From: Centroscyllium fabricii
Taxonomy: Eukaryota
Assembly (NCBI GenBank): GCA_051313645.2
Contig: JBNRSN020000004.1
Location: 352,408,001 to 352,472,000, forward strand
Direction of reading: 5' to 3'
Length of the DNA: 64,000 nucleotides
Shown: positions 10,261 to 23,432 of the stretch, piece by piece
Numbering within the stretch: the first letter of the stretch is position 1
Layout: every line of letters begins with the position of its first letter
Translations under genes and position numbers: made by a program
The notes under the pieces: generated by a model
The model's input: only the letters and a program-made list of their open reading frames with translations
What the model was told of the DNA's origin: nothing
Databases searched by the model: none

Positions 10261-12946
10261 TAGGGTTGCAAAATTCCAGGAATTTTTAAAGAGGAAACTT
10301 TCCATGAGAATTTATGGGAATTTTGAGGGTTTTTTGCACACTGATGATTTTTGTCGCTGACCCTTATATTATGACCTCAAAATAGACATGCTGTTCTATA
10401 CAAATAAAAACAGGCTTTCAAAACTTTATTTAGGTTATAATTTTGAACTTTACTGAACCCCCACAAAAAAGACCCATCTAAAATAAAATAAGAGCGTCAG
10501 CTTATTTAGCCTGTAATTTGTCCTGGATTTTGTCCCTTTGAGTCTTCTACTCATCATTGTTCCTCCTGATTTTCTGACTCTGTCTCTGACGTGTCCGTTT
10601 CCTCCTCTGTGTCACTGTCCAGCTGTGTGGTGGACACTTCTGTATCTGGCTCAATAAGTTGGAGGTTCGCCCGGATAGCCACCAGTTTCTCCACTTTCTT
10701 GTTAGTCAGCCTGTTCAAGATTAAAGATTATTTTATTGCCATATGTAACTGGAACAATGGAATGCCTACTCCCCACTCATTCCCACAATATAAGCGCAAA
10801 TACAAAAAGCAAAGGCAGAAACAAATATAAATATAGAAAGAGAAAGCAACTAAACAAATAAGCAAACAAGTGCAGTTAGCAATTCAGCAGGCGCACTGCC
10901 TGTGGGTAGACAGCCTGTTGCGCACCCTTGTATGCGTATTCCCAAAAAGTGACCAGTTTCATTCAGAGGCTGCTTATAAAGGTGAGATTTGGAGTATCAC
11001 CGATGCAATGGGTGACGGGGCCTCAGATGCACAAAGTCCCTTCCACCAGGTATGTGCACTGATATGCTTCCATGATTCCCATATCCTGTCTCCATTCCAA
11101 AGACCTTGCTTGGTAGAGAACTTTGCCAGACTTCCCAGAACTTTGCCCACGTCCAGATTGAGGTGGCGTGAGGGTAGAAATCACACTAAGCGCTGTTGAT
11201 CTGTTCCCCAGAAAGTATTGGTCTCCTAACATGCTTTGGGTCCAGCATGTATGTTGCAGCATGAATCGGCTTGACACAAAATTCTTGATGCGTCCGTATG
11301 AATTGAACAATTTGCTTCTCTGCTTTGAGCAGCAGGGATGTGGGTAGGTCAATGCTGATTTGTTCTTTTAAATCAGCAAAAAGCCTGAGAACATCTGACA
11401 AGACAGCGCCATCTCCTTCAATCTGAGCAATTGCAGATGCTACTGGTGAGAGTAGTTAAAGGCTGCTAACCACGCTCTCCCAAAACACATCATCCAGCAG
11501 TATTTTCTTGATGGTGGTTTCCATATCCCCAGACTGGGATATTGCCATTTCTTGCAGCGACTCCTTACCCTCCAGAAGGCTGTTGTACATTATGACAATG
11601 CCGCCCCATCTAGTGTTGCTGGGCAGCTTCAGTGTGGTGTTCTTGTTCTTTGTCATTCGCTTGGAGTTGTCGGTTGCTGCAACTACCTGTTTTCCCCTAA
11701 CATACTTAACAACTTGCTTGGCTCTCTTGTATTGTGTTTCCATGGTTCTCAAACCCATGATGTCCTTGAAGAGCAGGTTGAGCCCATGAGCTGCGCACCC
11801 AATAGACGTAATATGAGGGTAGGCCTCCTCCACTCGAGCCCAAGCAGCCTTCATATTCGCAGCATTGTCAGTAACTACTGCAGAGACCTTTTGTGATCCA
11901 AGATCGTTGATGACCGCTTTCAGCTCATCAGCAATGTATGTGCCTGTGTCTGTTGTCCTTTGTGTCTGTGCTCTTGAAGAACACTGGGAGAGGAGTGGAG
12001 ACGATGTAGTTTATGATGCCCTCCCCTCGTACATTTGACCACCCATCTGAGATAACTGCAACACAGTCTGCCATCGCTAACGTTTCTTTGAGCTTTCCTT
12101 GGACTCTGTTATACTCAGCCTCCAGCAAATAAGTAGACAAAGCGTGTCTGGTGGGAGGACAGTATGCAGGGCGAATAACATTGAAAAATCTCTTCCAGTA
12201 CACATTGGCTGTGAGCATGAGGGGTGAGCCTGTTGTATATACAGCTCGAGCAAGGCACTCATCTGCATTTTTCTGGCTATGGTTATCCATTATATCAAAA
12301 AACCTTCCAAGTGGGCCAGGAGTTGCTGACGATAAGGAGCCTGATGCTGAATGTGAACCACCATCTTCTTGAATGGAAGCAGAGGAACTCTGGGCTGACT
12401 GTTATGAGCTTTGAGTGAAGTTGCTGCATTTTTGTAACATTCTTCACATATGGCTTTGTACAGTGCTTGCACATGTACACAGTCTTTCCATCTTTAATGC
12501 CTGGGGTCAAATGTTTCCACACATCCGACGGTAAACGTGGCATTGTTCTATGCAGAGAAATAAAGGGCATCCATCTCTGTGTCAAACTGCGGTGGATCAG
12601 CATGATTGCAACAGGGTGAGTAAATTTTTCCTGATGCTACATGTGATGGAAGCATGACCTGTGCATGCACGCGCTGCATCACCAATAGAGGGAGCTAATC
12701 GCTCATCCAACCAATCAAGACACATTTGTTCACAGTCGCACAGAAAACTTGTAATTATTATAACAAGCCAAGTCCATCTCTGTTAGTAATTTTAAGAGAG
12801 GACCTGTGGGGGGGGGGGGAATGGAAAATACAACAAAAAAAACAATATTATGCTAGCATGTGCTTTTTGGGCAAAATTCCCAAGCTAAACGTACCGTGGA
12901 AAACTTCTGGAAATTTACCGAAACTTTCCACCCCTTCGCAACCTTA
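10261..12946 (-). mobile_element. Decayed hAT DNA transposon (BED finger, DDE core, dimerisation domain)
   Basis: TIRs TAGGGTTGCAAA / TTCGCAACCTTA; VWKHL..CKHC, SDGWSNV, CAAHGLNL, NTRW and RNRL motifs across frameshifted ORFs; no clean 8-bp TSD. Confidence 0.88.
10716..10910 (-). mobile_element. Short retroposon 3' fragment inserted in the hAT transposase
   Basis: 9-bp direct repeat CAGCCTGTT at 10707-10715 and 10911-10919; AATAAA and ATCTT-type tail on the minus strand. Confidence 0.7.
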
Positions 12947-13500
12947 TTAGTGATCAAGCGTGGAACCCAGGCTAATTTTGTGCTCCCCAGTCTAGGGGTA
13001 CTGAGACAATAGTCCCCCAGCTGCCACTCTCGCTGAGATCAGCTAGCTCAGTACAGACTGGGAATCGAAGTTGGGACCCAAAAACATTTTGGGTTGTTAA
13101 CTGAACAGTTTTATAGCCTTTCCTGTGGTCTTCCTGTGCAAAAAAAAAAAAGGTTTAATAGCATTTTGAATCATTTTGAGTTTTTTGTAGTTCTGGCATT
13201 TTTCATGATACTTTGATTTGCGGCCTACCAAAGGCCAATAAGTTAATTGGGTTGACCTCCAGTGCAGGAGCTGGCCATTTCTGGGTTTAAAATGTGTTTC
13301 AAGTGCCTTAGACCTTTTTTTAAGCAACTGATTCCCATGATGTCTATCTTCCATCATCGCATGGTTTTAGAGTGAATCCAGTTTACAACTCAGCAGAAAT
13401 ACATGACTTGACTATTTCCTCTGGAAGGCGATCTTGGCCACCGGATTGTCCATGCTTGAATCATCTTGGTACAGAGATCTGGGGCTGCAGCTCAGCATGG

Positions 13501-16110
13501 AAACATAGAAACATAGAAGATAAGAGCAGGAGTAGGCCATTCGCCCCTCGAGCCTGCTCCACCATTCAATGCGATCATGGCTGATCATCCAAATTCAGTA
13601 CCCTGTCCCTGCTTTCTCCCCATATCCCTTGATCCCTTTAGCCTTAAGAAATATATCTAACTCCTTCTTGAATATATTTAATGAATTGGTCTCTACTGCC
13701 TTCTGTGGTAGAGAATTCCACAGGTTCACCACTCTGGGTGAAGAAATTCCTCCTCATCTCTGTTCTAAATGGCTTACCCCTTATCCTTAGACTGTGACCC
13801 CTGGTTCTGGGCTCCCCAGCCATCGGGAACGTCCTTCCCGCGTCTAGTCCTGTTAGAAAAGTTTCAATGAGATCCCCCCCCTCATTTTTCTAAACTCTCG
13901 CGAATATAAGCCCAATCGACCCAATCTCTCCTCATAACGTCATTCCTGCCATCCCATGTATCACTCTGGTGAATCTTCGCTGCACTCCCTCCATGGCAAG
14001 AACATCCTTCCTCAGATAAGGCGACCAAAACTGCACACGATGCTCAAGGTGTGGTCTCAACAAGGCCTTGGACAACTGCAGAAAGACATCCTTGCACCTG
14101 TACTGTAACCCTCTCGCTATGAAGGCCAGCATACCATAAAGTCATAGTTATACAGCACAGAAAGAGACCCTTCAGCCCATCGTGTCCGTGCTGGCCATCA
14201 AGCCCTGTCTATTCTAATCTCATTTTCCAGCACTTGGTCTGTAGCCTTGTATGCTATGGCGTATCAGGTGCTCATCTAAATGCTTCTTGAATGTTGTGAG
14301 GGTTCCTGCCTCTGCCACCCTTTCAGGCAGTGAGTTGCAGATTCCAACCACCTTCTGGGTGAAAAGGTTTTTCCTCAAATCCCCTCTAAACCTCCTGCCC
14401 CATTACCTTGAAACTATGCCCCCCTGGTTATTGACCCCTCTACTAAGGGAAAAAGTTCCTTTCTATCTACCCTATCTATGCACATCATAATTTTGTACAC
14501 CTCAATCAGGACCCCCCTCAGCCTTCTCTGCTCCAAGGAAAACAACCCCAACCTGTCCAGTCTTTCTTCATAGCTGAAGCACTGCAGCCCAGGTAACATC
14601 CTGGTGAATCTCCTCTGCACCCTCTCCAAAGCAATCACATCCTTCCTATAGTGTGGCGACCAGAACTGCACACAGTATTCCAGCTGTGGCCTAACTAGCG
14701 TTTTGTACAGCTCCGTCATAACCTCCCTGCTCTTGCCTTCATTAGCCAAGGCATAGAATATAAGTATCCCATATGCCTTTTTAACCACCTTGTCTACCTG
14801 TCCTGCTGCCTTCAGGGATCTTTGTACATGCACACCAAGGTCCCTCTGAACGTCTGTCCTTCCTCGGGTCCTGCCATTCATTGTGTATTCCCTTGCCTTG
14901 TTAGTCCTCCCAAAATGCATCACCTCACACTTTTCAGGGTTAACTTCCATTTGCCACTGTTCCGTCCATCTGACCAACCCATTTGCCTTCTTAACCGCCT
15001 GCTGCACCTGCATGCTTACCTTCAGTGACTGGTGCACAAGGACACCCTGGTCTTGTTGCACTTCCCCTTCACCCAATCTATTGCCGTTCAGATAATCTGC
15101 CTTCCTGTTTTTGCCACCAAAGTGAATAACCTCGCATTTATCCACATTATACTGCATCTACCCAATCACCCAACCTATCCAAATCATACTGGAGTTTCTC
15201 GGCATCCTCCTCACAGCACACGCGCCCGCTCAGCTTTGTATTGTCTGCAAACTTGGAGCTATTACATCTAGTTCCCTCATCTAGATCATTAATATATATT
15301 ATGAATAGCTGGGGTCCCAGCACCGATCCCTGCGGTACCCCACTAGTCACTGCCTGCCATTTGGAAAAAGACCCGTTTATTCCAACTCTTTGCTTCCTGT
15401 CTGCCAACCAGTTTTCTATCCAAATCAGTACCTTACCCCCAATCCCATGTGCTTTAACTTTGCATGCTAATCTCTTATGCGGGACCTTATCGAAAGCCTT
15501 CTGAAAGTCCAAATACACCACATCCACTGGTTCTCCCTTATCTGTTCTACCAGTTACAGCCTCAAACAATTCCAGTAGATTAGTCAAGCACAATTTACCT
15601 TCTGTAAATCCATGTTGATTTTGTCTGATCCTGTCACTGATTTCCAAGTGCTCTCCCATTTTCCCCACTACTGATGTCAGGCTTACCGGTCTATAATTCC
15701 CTGTTTTCTCTCTGCCACCTTTTTTGAATAGTGGGGTTACATTAGCTACCCTCCAATCCATGGGAACTATTCCAGAGTCTATAGAATTTTGGAAGATAAC
15801 CAGCATTGCGTCGACTATTTCTAGGGCCACTTCCTTAAGTACCCTAGGATGTAGAATATCAGGCCCTGGGGATTTATCGGCCTTCAATCCCGTCAAGTTC
15901 CCTAACACCATTTCCCTACAAATACTGATTTCATTCAGTTCCTCCCTCATTAGACCCTATGTTTCCCGACATCTCTGGAAGGTTATTTGTGTCCTCCTTT
16001 GTGAAGACAGAACCAAAGTATGTATTTAATTGGTCTTCTATTTCTTTGTTCCCCGTTATAAATCCCCCTGATTCTGACTGCAAGGCACCTACGCTTGACT
16101 TCACCAATCT
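13501..16110 (-). mobile_element. Nested CR1 LINEs (inner copy about 14138-14976)
   Basis: NYRPVSLTS, DFQKAFDKV, GVPQGSVLGP and FADN RT motifs; two separate 3' tails. Confidence 0.9.
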
Positions 16111-17348
16111 TTTTCTCTTGGAATCCTATCAAGTGTAGATAGGGACCACTTCTATAAGGATGCATCAGTAAAGCCATATTCTGAGTCAGTTCATGGGACA
16201 AGTGTGAAGAAGACACTGTAGGGGTCTTCATTCCTCCAGCAGTAGTTGGAGGTTTCACCCTACCTTCAGGGTTCTGCCTCAAGTCTGGCAACCTGGTAGA
16301 TATTTCTGCAAACCATGTGTTTGCATTGTTTCCTCTCCCACCTACTGCCCTTTTCCCCAGTGAACGTCCCAAGCATCCTTAAAGACATTTAAGCTGAACA
16401 GACTGTGCCATGCGCCTCAAGCAGCTGAAAGGTTCCTGTTTTACAGCTCCCTACTGACTTGCTTATCCTGTGTACAAGAAGTTATTCGTCTAAGAGAAAG
16501 CTCAATTTCATCTGAGAACCAAACTGCGAAAGTTGCACGAGAGGCTTTATTCACGAGATGCCCCACCTGCAATAAAACCTAGTGCGTTAGGCTTGTACGG
16601 ATATTTCACCACGGTGACTTGGCTACTGCCCAAGGCCATTACCAGGTACAGACTAATGTGGACATCACCAGCCAAACAGCAAACTTAGTTTAGTAGTCAG
16701 TCATGGATGTCCTTGATGAAGGGCCAGGGTGGCTATCTAGCGCATTACCTTGTGCTGCATAGCTTAGCTGAGGATATCCAGTGTTCACTGAGGAGGGTAA
16801 TTGAGCTGCTGTTGTCTGCAGCAAGCACTTGGTGACTGGGTGAAAACGGTGTGCTGGATATCTTCAAGAAGCATCAGCAAAGCAGTTATGTTGGAGCAGT
16901 CCACCTATATAGACTCGGCGACGACCTCTCCTTCCCTGTCCAAGCCACTGCTGTCACTTTGGATCAAGCAGACATTCACCACTGGAACTAAACATTCCTG
17001 TCAGTATTCCAACATTAACGAAGTTTGAATAAAAATCACAATGGTCAAAGCACAAATTTTGGTTTAAAGACATGGAAGCTTTTCATGGTTCTTGCACTTG
17101 TAGTTTGCCTCCAACTCTTTTTTCAAGTCGGAATACAGTGGTTTCCAACAAATTTAATTTACAATATGACAAATGTATCGTTTTTTTTGGGGGGGGGGGT
17201 GTCGAGAGAGTGTTTCGTTCCTAATGCTTTAAATGCGCTGTTGGCTCTTTCTCCAGTGTCTAATGGGGCATTGAGCCGATTTGCAATGTTCGATTTGTAT
17301 TTGAAGTTCTGGACAGTGTTGAGTGAAATGAAGTATTTTTATTTACAG

Positions 17349-17422
17349 GAGCTGCTCTAAAAAAGCCGACAGTTCCAGATATGTTTACAGAATCGGATGA
17401 CATGTTTGCTGCCTATTTTGAT
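17349..17422 (+). CDS. PRPF4B: PRP4 kinase exon
   Basis: tttacag|GA...GAT|gtatgt; AALKKPTVPDMFTESDDMFAAYFD. Confidence 0.93.
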
Positions 17423-17529
17423 GTATGTATGCTCTACCTTGCGTCAAAAAAAAGTCACGTGGTGCCAAAGGCTGTGTTCAAGTCATCTCCAACTCGCCTT
17501 GTGTTTTTTCTGATTGTAAATTATAGATA

Positions 17530-18143
17530 CAGGTTGAACACCGTTATACCGGCACGGTCGGGACTAGGCCCGCGCCGGTATAGCGAAAAAAACCGGAAGA
17601 ACGAAGCCGACCAGTGTGCATGCGCGCACCATTCAAAATGGCCGCGCGCATGCGCACAACATTGGAAATGGCCGCCGGACGTTTTGATCAACTGCAGTGT
17701 AGTTGCAGCCGCCCAGAACCTGCCGTGCAAAGATCCCTCTGCTCGGCTCACCAGGCAGACAGGATGGGACTCTTCCACCCCCCACCCCACCCCGGCACAC
17801 AACCATAAATCAAGGCCCAGGCTGCAGGCCCAGCGCAGCACTAACAAGTTAGTAGCCGGAGCCCAGCCCCGGGCAGCGCTGAGGGAGTGAGGCCGGAGTG
17901 AGCGGCAGATCCTTACCGTTCGGCAGCACATGAATGAGGAGGCAAAAGTCGGTCCAGCCTCCGGCAGCCGTTTTGAATGATCTGCGCATGCGCCGAGCAC
18001 ATGCGCAGATCATTCTACACTTCCAACGGCTGTTTTGAATGATCGATCGCGGCGGCCATTATGCGCAGCGCAGTCGGGGCAATTTATGCCGGACGACTGA
18101 AGTTGCCGGCTTTTCGGTTACCAGATTAACGGTGTTCAACTTG
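17530..18143. mobile_element. Tigger-like MITE (type C) with a different cargo
   Basis: TA TSD; TIR CAGGTTGAACACCGTTA; arms shared with 7288-7825. Confidence 0.88.
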
Positions 18144-18398
18144 TAGTAACTTTTTTGTTTAACCTAATAGCTTGTGTATCAAAGCTTGCCTTTTGGTGTT
18201 TTATTGCTTCAAATATATATCCTTAAAAACTTTGTTGAATAGAAACTTTGAGGTTTACATTGTCATTTCCAACCTGACCATCTTGATTCAAATTTAAGTA
18301 CCACAGTTGAAGCTTTAAAGCTTCGTTACTGCCTAATCTTAGATTGTGTCCACTGCAGCAAGCCTTGCAATTGTGGTTTATTATTTAATAAGCTGGTA

Positions 18399-18765
18399 CA
18401 GGTTGAGCACTGGTAATCCGGCACCCTCGGGACCAGGCCGGTGCCGGACCACTGAAAATTCTGAACCACTGAAGGTTCGGGGGGGAGCACGCAGGTAGAA
18501 CACTCCCCGGGGCCCGGAGCGCGCGGGTAGGACACTCCCCGGGGCCCCGAGCGCGCGTGTAGAACACTCCGCGGGAAGGAGCCCAGAGATGGAACACTTA
18601 CAAGCCCTAAAAAAAACAGAAATCCAAACGCCCGACGCCTTCGCCGCTCGCCCACCCTTCGTGGGAAACGGTGGCGCCGCCGGGCGGCTGCTCCGCAAAA
18701 TGAAGAGCACCGGTTTCCAATCGTGCCGGATCACTGAAGGTGCCGGATTACCGGTGCTCAACCTG
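18399..18765. mobile_element. Tigger-like MITE (type D)
   Basis: TA TSD and TIRs; homologous to 8711-9051. Confidence 0.88.
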
Positions 18766-19618
18766 TACATGTTTTCACTTTGGAGTGTCAAGAGAATATT
18801 CCATTTCCAAATTACAGAGCAAGAGCACGCAAAATCAGAAGTCTTTGAGCTTGTAACTGACTTAGTTTTTGTGTGCCCAGAAATGTGGCGTTCTATCTTT
18901 GTATTTGCCTCTTGGCTTTCCCTTTTAAATCTCTTGCCCTATTGTGATTTCTGTCTTTACAATGCTCTGGTTTCAGGGGTGGACACACCGAATCTTTTGA
19001 AGCAAAATCTTGAAGAAGCTCTGGAGTAAAATGATATTTAAATTTTCTATTTTTTAAGTCCACCCTTTGCTTGCCCCCCCCCCCCCCACTTGCACGACAT
19101 TTTCGTTGTCGATAATAAATACAGCCCAATCCTGTTGATTCTAGTTAACTGCCAAACTAACACACAAAATTGAAAGAGAAGCAAATTAATGTTTCTTGCA
19201 TTACAATGTGTTAAATTAACTTGCTTTCAGGTGTACCCCAGAGTGTCTAATATTACATTATTGAACTCTAGTGCAAAAACTGATCTGCAATTTGGGAACT
19301 TCTTAAAACAGTGCCATATAGCCACTCTTTCTGTCCCAAGTGGGAGTTTCAGAACTGCCTTATTTCCAGTGGTATAAAACTGCCACTAGCACTTGCATTT
19401 CTTGGTTCTATCTGTATCCCTAACTTGGATCTAAATACGCTGCCTCCAAATTATTCCCAACAAAATTCAACGCCCAAGCAGCTTCAGTGAGCGCCCACAA
19501 AAAGTCTTTGTCATTCTGCATGGCAGGGTCATCAAATTAGAAGTATGGCAAATTTTGACATGGGGATGTAGAGAAGCTTGGAGGAGGAGCATATATGTGG
19601 CAGATGTAATTCAATATA

Positions 19619-20329
19619 CAGGTTGAACACTGTTAATCCGGTAACCGAAAAGCCGGCAACTTCAGTCGTCCGGCATAAATCGCCCCGACTGCCCTGCACA
19701 TGCGCAAAATGGCCACCGTGATCGAGGCTTCGGCGAATGATCTGCGCATGCGCCGCCGAATGGCGAGCACATGCGCAGATCATTCAAAATGGCCACCGCG
19801 AACACTGCGCACAACCCAGCCCCGTAGAGCACTCGGTGCGAGCAGACAGACAGGAGAGGGCAGGCGAGAGAGAGCAGCCGAGCCCAGTCCAGCCTTTGAT
19901 CAGCCAGCAGGCCCGGCACATTCGCACTCACTGTCCCGATGGCTTCAGGAGACGCCGACCCCATGGAAGGCAGCAGCGGCTTCAGCAGCGACTCGGACTC
20001 GGGAGGCCGAGAGTTCCGGCGCCTCGGAGTCACTGGGAGACGAGGAGGCGAAGGAGGAGGCCTTCTCTGACCTGTCGGATGAGGAACAGATGCCCGACAT
20101 TGAGGGCCCAACTTCGCGGCGGCCATTTCGCATGATATGCGCATGTGCTCGCCGTTCGGCGGCGCATGCGCAGATCATTCCAAACTGCGGCGGCCATTTC
20201 CAATGATATGCGCGTGGCCATTTTCAATGGTGCGCACTTGCACTGGCCAGCTTCATTCTTCCATTTTTTTTCCCGCTATACTGGCCCGGGCCTAGTCCCG
20301 CCCGTGCCGGTGTAACGGTGCTCAGCCTG
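19619..20329. mobile_element. Tigger-like MITE (type C, inverted) with a third cargo
   Basis: TA TSD and TIRs; arms are the reverse complement of those at 7288 and 17530. Confidence 0.88.
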
Positions 20330-20346
20330 TATAAAAAAATTAAGTA

Positions 20347-20650
20347 CAGGTCCGGCACCGTTAATCCGGACACCATTAATCCGGAAACTTCTGTCTGGCA
20401 CGAATCCGGCCGACTGGTCTGCGCATGCGCAAAATGGTCGCCACGGTTGGCTGCGCATGCCCGGGCCTCTCCCCGAACGATTGATGCTTCGGTGAGCACA
20501 TGCGCAGACCATTCAAAATGGCTGGCGGCATGCGCGGCGGCCATTTTGAATGGTCTACACATGCGCTCGCCGAAGCTTCAATCGTTCAGATTTTTACTAG
20601 TCCGGCACCAGCCTGGTCCCGCCGGTTACTAATTAACGGTGTCGGTCCTG
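20347..20650. mobile_element. Tigger-like MITE (type B)
   Basis: TIR CAGGTCCGGCACCGTTAAT. Confidence 0.85.
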
Positions 20651-20889
20651 CAGTTGCTTAAAAAGAGGATGCAAGTAGGCGAGTGAGATTTGACTAGGTA
20701 ACTCGTAGAGAGAAAACATTTGATGGGCCAAATGACCGATTGCTCTTTTGAACATTCTATGTATATAGCTGCCCCAACACTGATTCCCCCACTCAACACA
20801 TCTTTCCATCTTTACCCGTAGCCTTTCATTCTGCCTTATTACCCTTAATTTTACTTGGCATTATCTATGCCATAGGTTTTATGTATTAT

Positions 20890-22155
20890 CAGGGTGCTAC
20901 AAAAAAATAAAATTTCACTTGCCCAGTTGGGCAAGTAGATTTCTAAAACACTTGTCCGAACACAAATTTCACTTGCCCGAAATTTTTAAAAAAATAAATA
21001 AAGATTTTACATTTTTATTAAAATGCTTCAATATAAAGCCATAGATTGTGATTGTGCCTATAATTGCATTGGCCTGGTTTCTGCCCCTCTCTGCCAGGGT
21101 GTGTCTCTACTCTGAACATTCTTCCCTCATTTACCAAACTTTCCGTGAAGCCGCCACAGGCTCCCTCATTCTCTCTCCCCGCCTACCTTCGTCCAGCAAC
21201 CGCTCCGGTTTTTTCTCTCGCCCTCAGCGGGTCGACGGCACCGACCCACTCTTGCCACCTAACCCGACTGCTGCCCCGTCCCCTGATTGACACGACGCCT
21301 CCTCCAATCCCCGCCGTACCGCCCGGCCCCGCCGGCCATTCCGCACCCACCTCCAGGGCAGGATCCACCCACCTGTGCCCGGGGCCTCGATCATCAAGCG
21401 GGTAAGCGGTTTTGTCATGCCCTCAACTGTCCCTGGATTCAGTCTCTGGGTGTCAGTGTCCCTGGATTCAGTCTCTGGGTGTCAGTGTCCCTGGATTCGG
21501 TCTCTGGGTGTCAGTGTCCCTGGATTCGGTCTCTGGGTGTCACTGTCCCTGGATTCGGTCTCTGGGTGTCACTGTCCCTGGATTCGGTCTGTGGGTGTCA
21601 GTGTCCCTGAACCTCTCAAAGGGATTGAACCCGGCACTCAGACACTCCCAGCTGCCTGGAGGAGCAGGAACACCAGCGCCTCTCAAAGGGTCACAACCCA
21701 AAATGTCGACTCCATACCTCTCTCCTCTGATGCTGCCCAGCCCGCCGAGCCCCCCAGGTTCCCCTCTGCTGCGGACGCAGTGGAAGAGGGACCGACTCCA
21801 GTGAAACGCCGGCCTCACTTCACTGCTGGTTCGAACTGCTGCGAGACGCTGAGGTGTTGCAGTGGCGGCCGGCCCCCCTGAGCGAGCTGTGATTGGCCGA
21901 GCACGGGCAGGGGGCGGGGTGGAGTGCGAGAAAACCGCCGGGCTGTGGTTGGCCGAGCTCGGGCGGGGCAGATTTGAAAACCCATCGGCTGAGGCACGCC
22001 CGGCCCCCCGCCAATCCGCACCCGCCTCCAGGGCAGGATCCACCGACCCGTTCCCATGGCCTCGATCACTTGCCCAGTCGGGCAAGTAAGATTTTGATTT
22101 ACTTGCCCGGCGGCGCATTTTACTTGCCCCGGGCAAGCGATTTTGTCGCGCCCTG
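20890..22155. mobile_element. Non-autonomous hAT-like element
   Basis: TIRs CAGGGTGCTACAAAA / TTTTGTCGCGCCCTG; multiple subterminal ACTTGCCC motifs; degenerate 8-bp TSD (5/8 match). Confidence 0.75.
21428..21608. repeat. 29-bp minisatellite, about 6 units
   Basis: Unit TGTCCCTGGATTC(A/G)GTCTCTGGGTGTCA(G/C). Confidence 0.9.
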
Positions 22156-22399
22156 GGTATGACAACAGCTTTTGAAAATCCACTGCTTTTCCTTTGTCCT
22201 CACTGTTTCTACAAAGAATTCTGTCCGATTGGTTAAAGATAACATGCCTTTTAGAAATCTGTGCTGACTGGCTCTGAATAGTGTTTCTCAAAGTGCTTAT
22301 CCATTTTATCTTGTATGGGGGAGAAAGAAAGATTGATTTCAAGAATCTCAGCTGTACCTACTTGGAAGTATAAATGAGCAATAACACCTTGAAATCTAA

Positions 22400-22920
<521 letters not shown>

Positions 22921-23212
22921 ATGTGATCTGTTGCATTCTGAAACTAGTTTTGAAAGTACAGCTGTTTAGAAAGCTAGCTATGTGATTAATCTGGTTACTT
23001 TTTCCTAATTGAGCAAAATTATCCAGATGTGTCCATATATATTCAGAACATCTTAATCTCAGAGTCATAGAGTTAGACAGCACAGAAAGAGGCCCATCGT
23101 GTCCACGCCGGCCATCAGGCCCTGTCTATTCTAATCCCATTTTCCAGCATTTGGTCCGTAGCCTTGTATGCTATGGCGTTTCAAGTGCTCATCTAAATGC
23201 TCCTTGAATGTT

Positions 23213-23432
23213 TGCAAGAAGTAACACAACACCAGGTTATAGTCCAACAGTTTTATTTTAAATCACAAGCTTTCGGAGCTTCTGCCCCTTCGTCAGGTGA
23301 GAGGTCTCTCTTTCACCTGACGAAGGGGCAGAAGCTCCGAAAGCTTGTGATTTAAAATAAAATTGTTGGACTATAACCTGGTGTTGTGTGACTTCTTGCA
23401 ATTGTCCACAGTCCAACACCGGCACCTCCACA
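23213..23432. mobile_element. Penelope-like inverted pLTR pair
   Basis: About 89-bp inverted arms; flanking duplication CCTTGAATGTT / CCTTAAATGTT. Confidence 0.8.
23313..23350 (+). ncRNA. Minimal type I hammerhead ribozyme (mirror copy at 23263-23300 on - strand)
   Basis: TCAC-CTGACGA-A-GGGGC/GCTCC-GAA-AGCT-T-GTGA: intact core and palindromic stem III typical of Penelope dimeric hammerheads. Confidence 0.72.
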
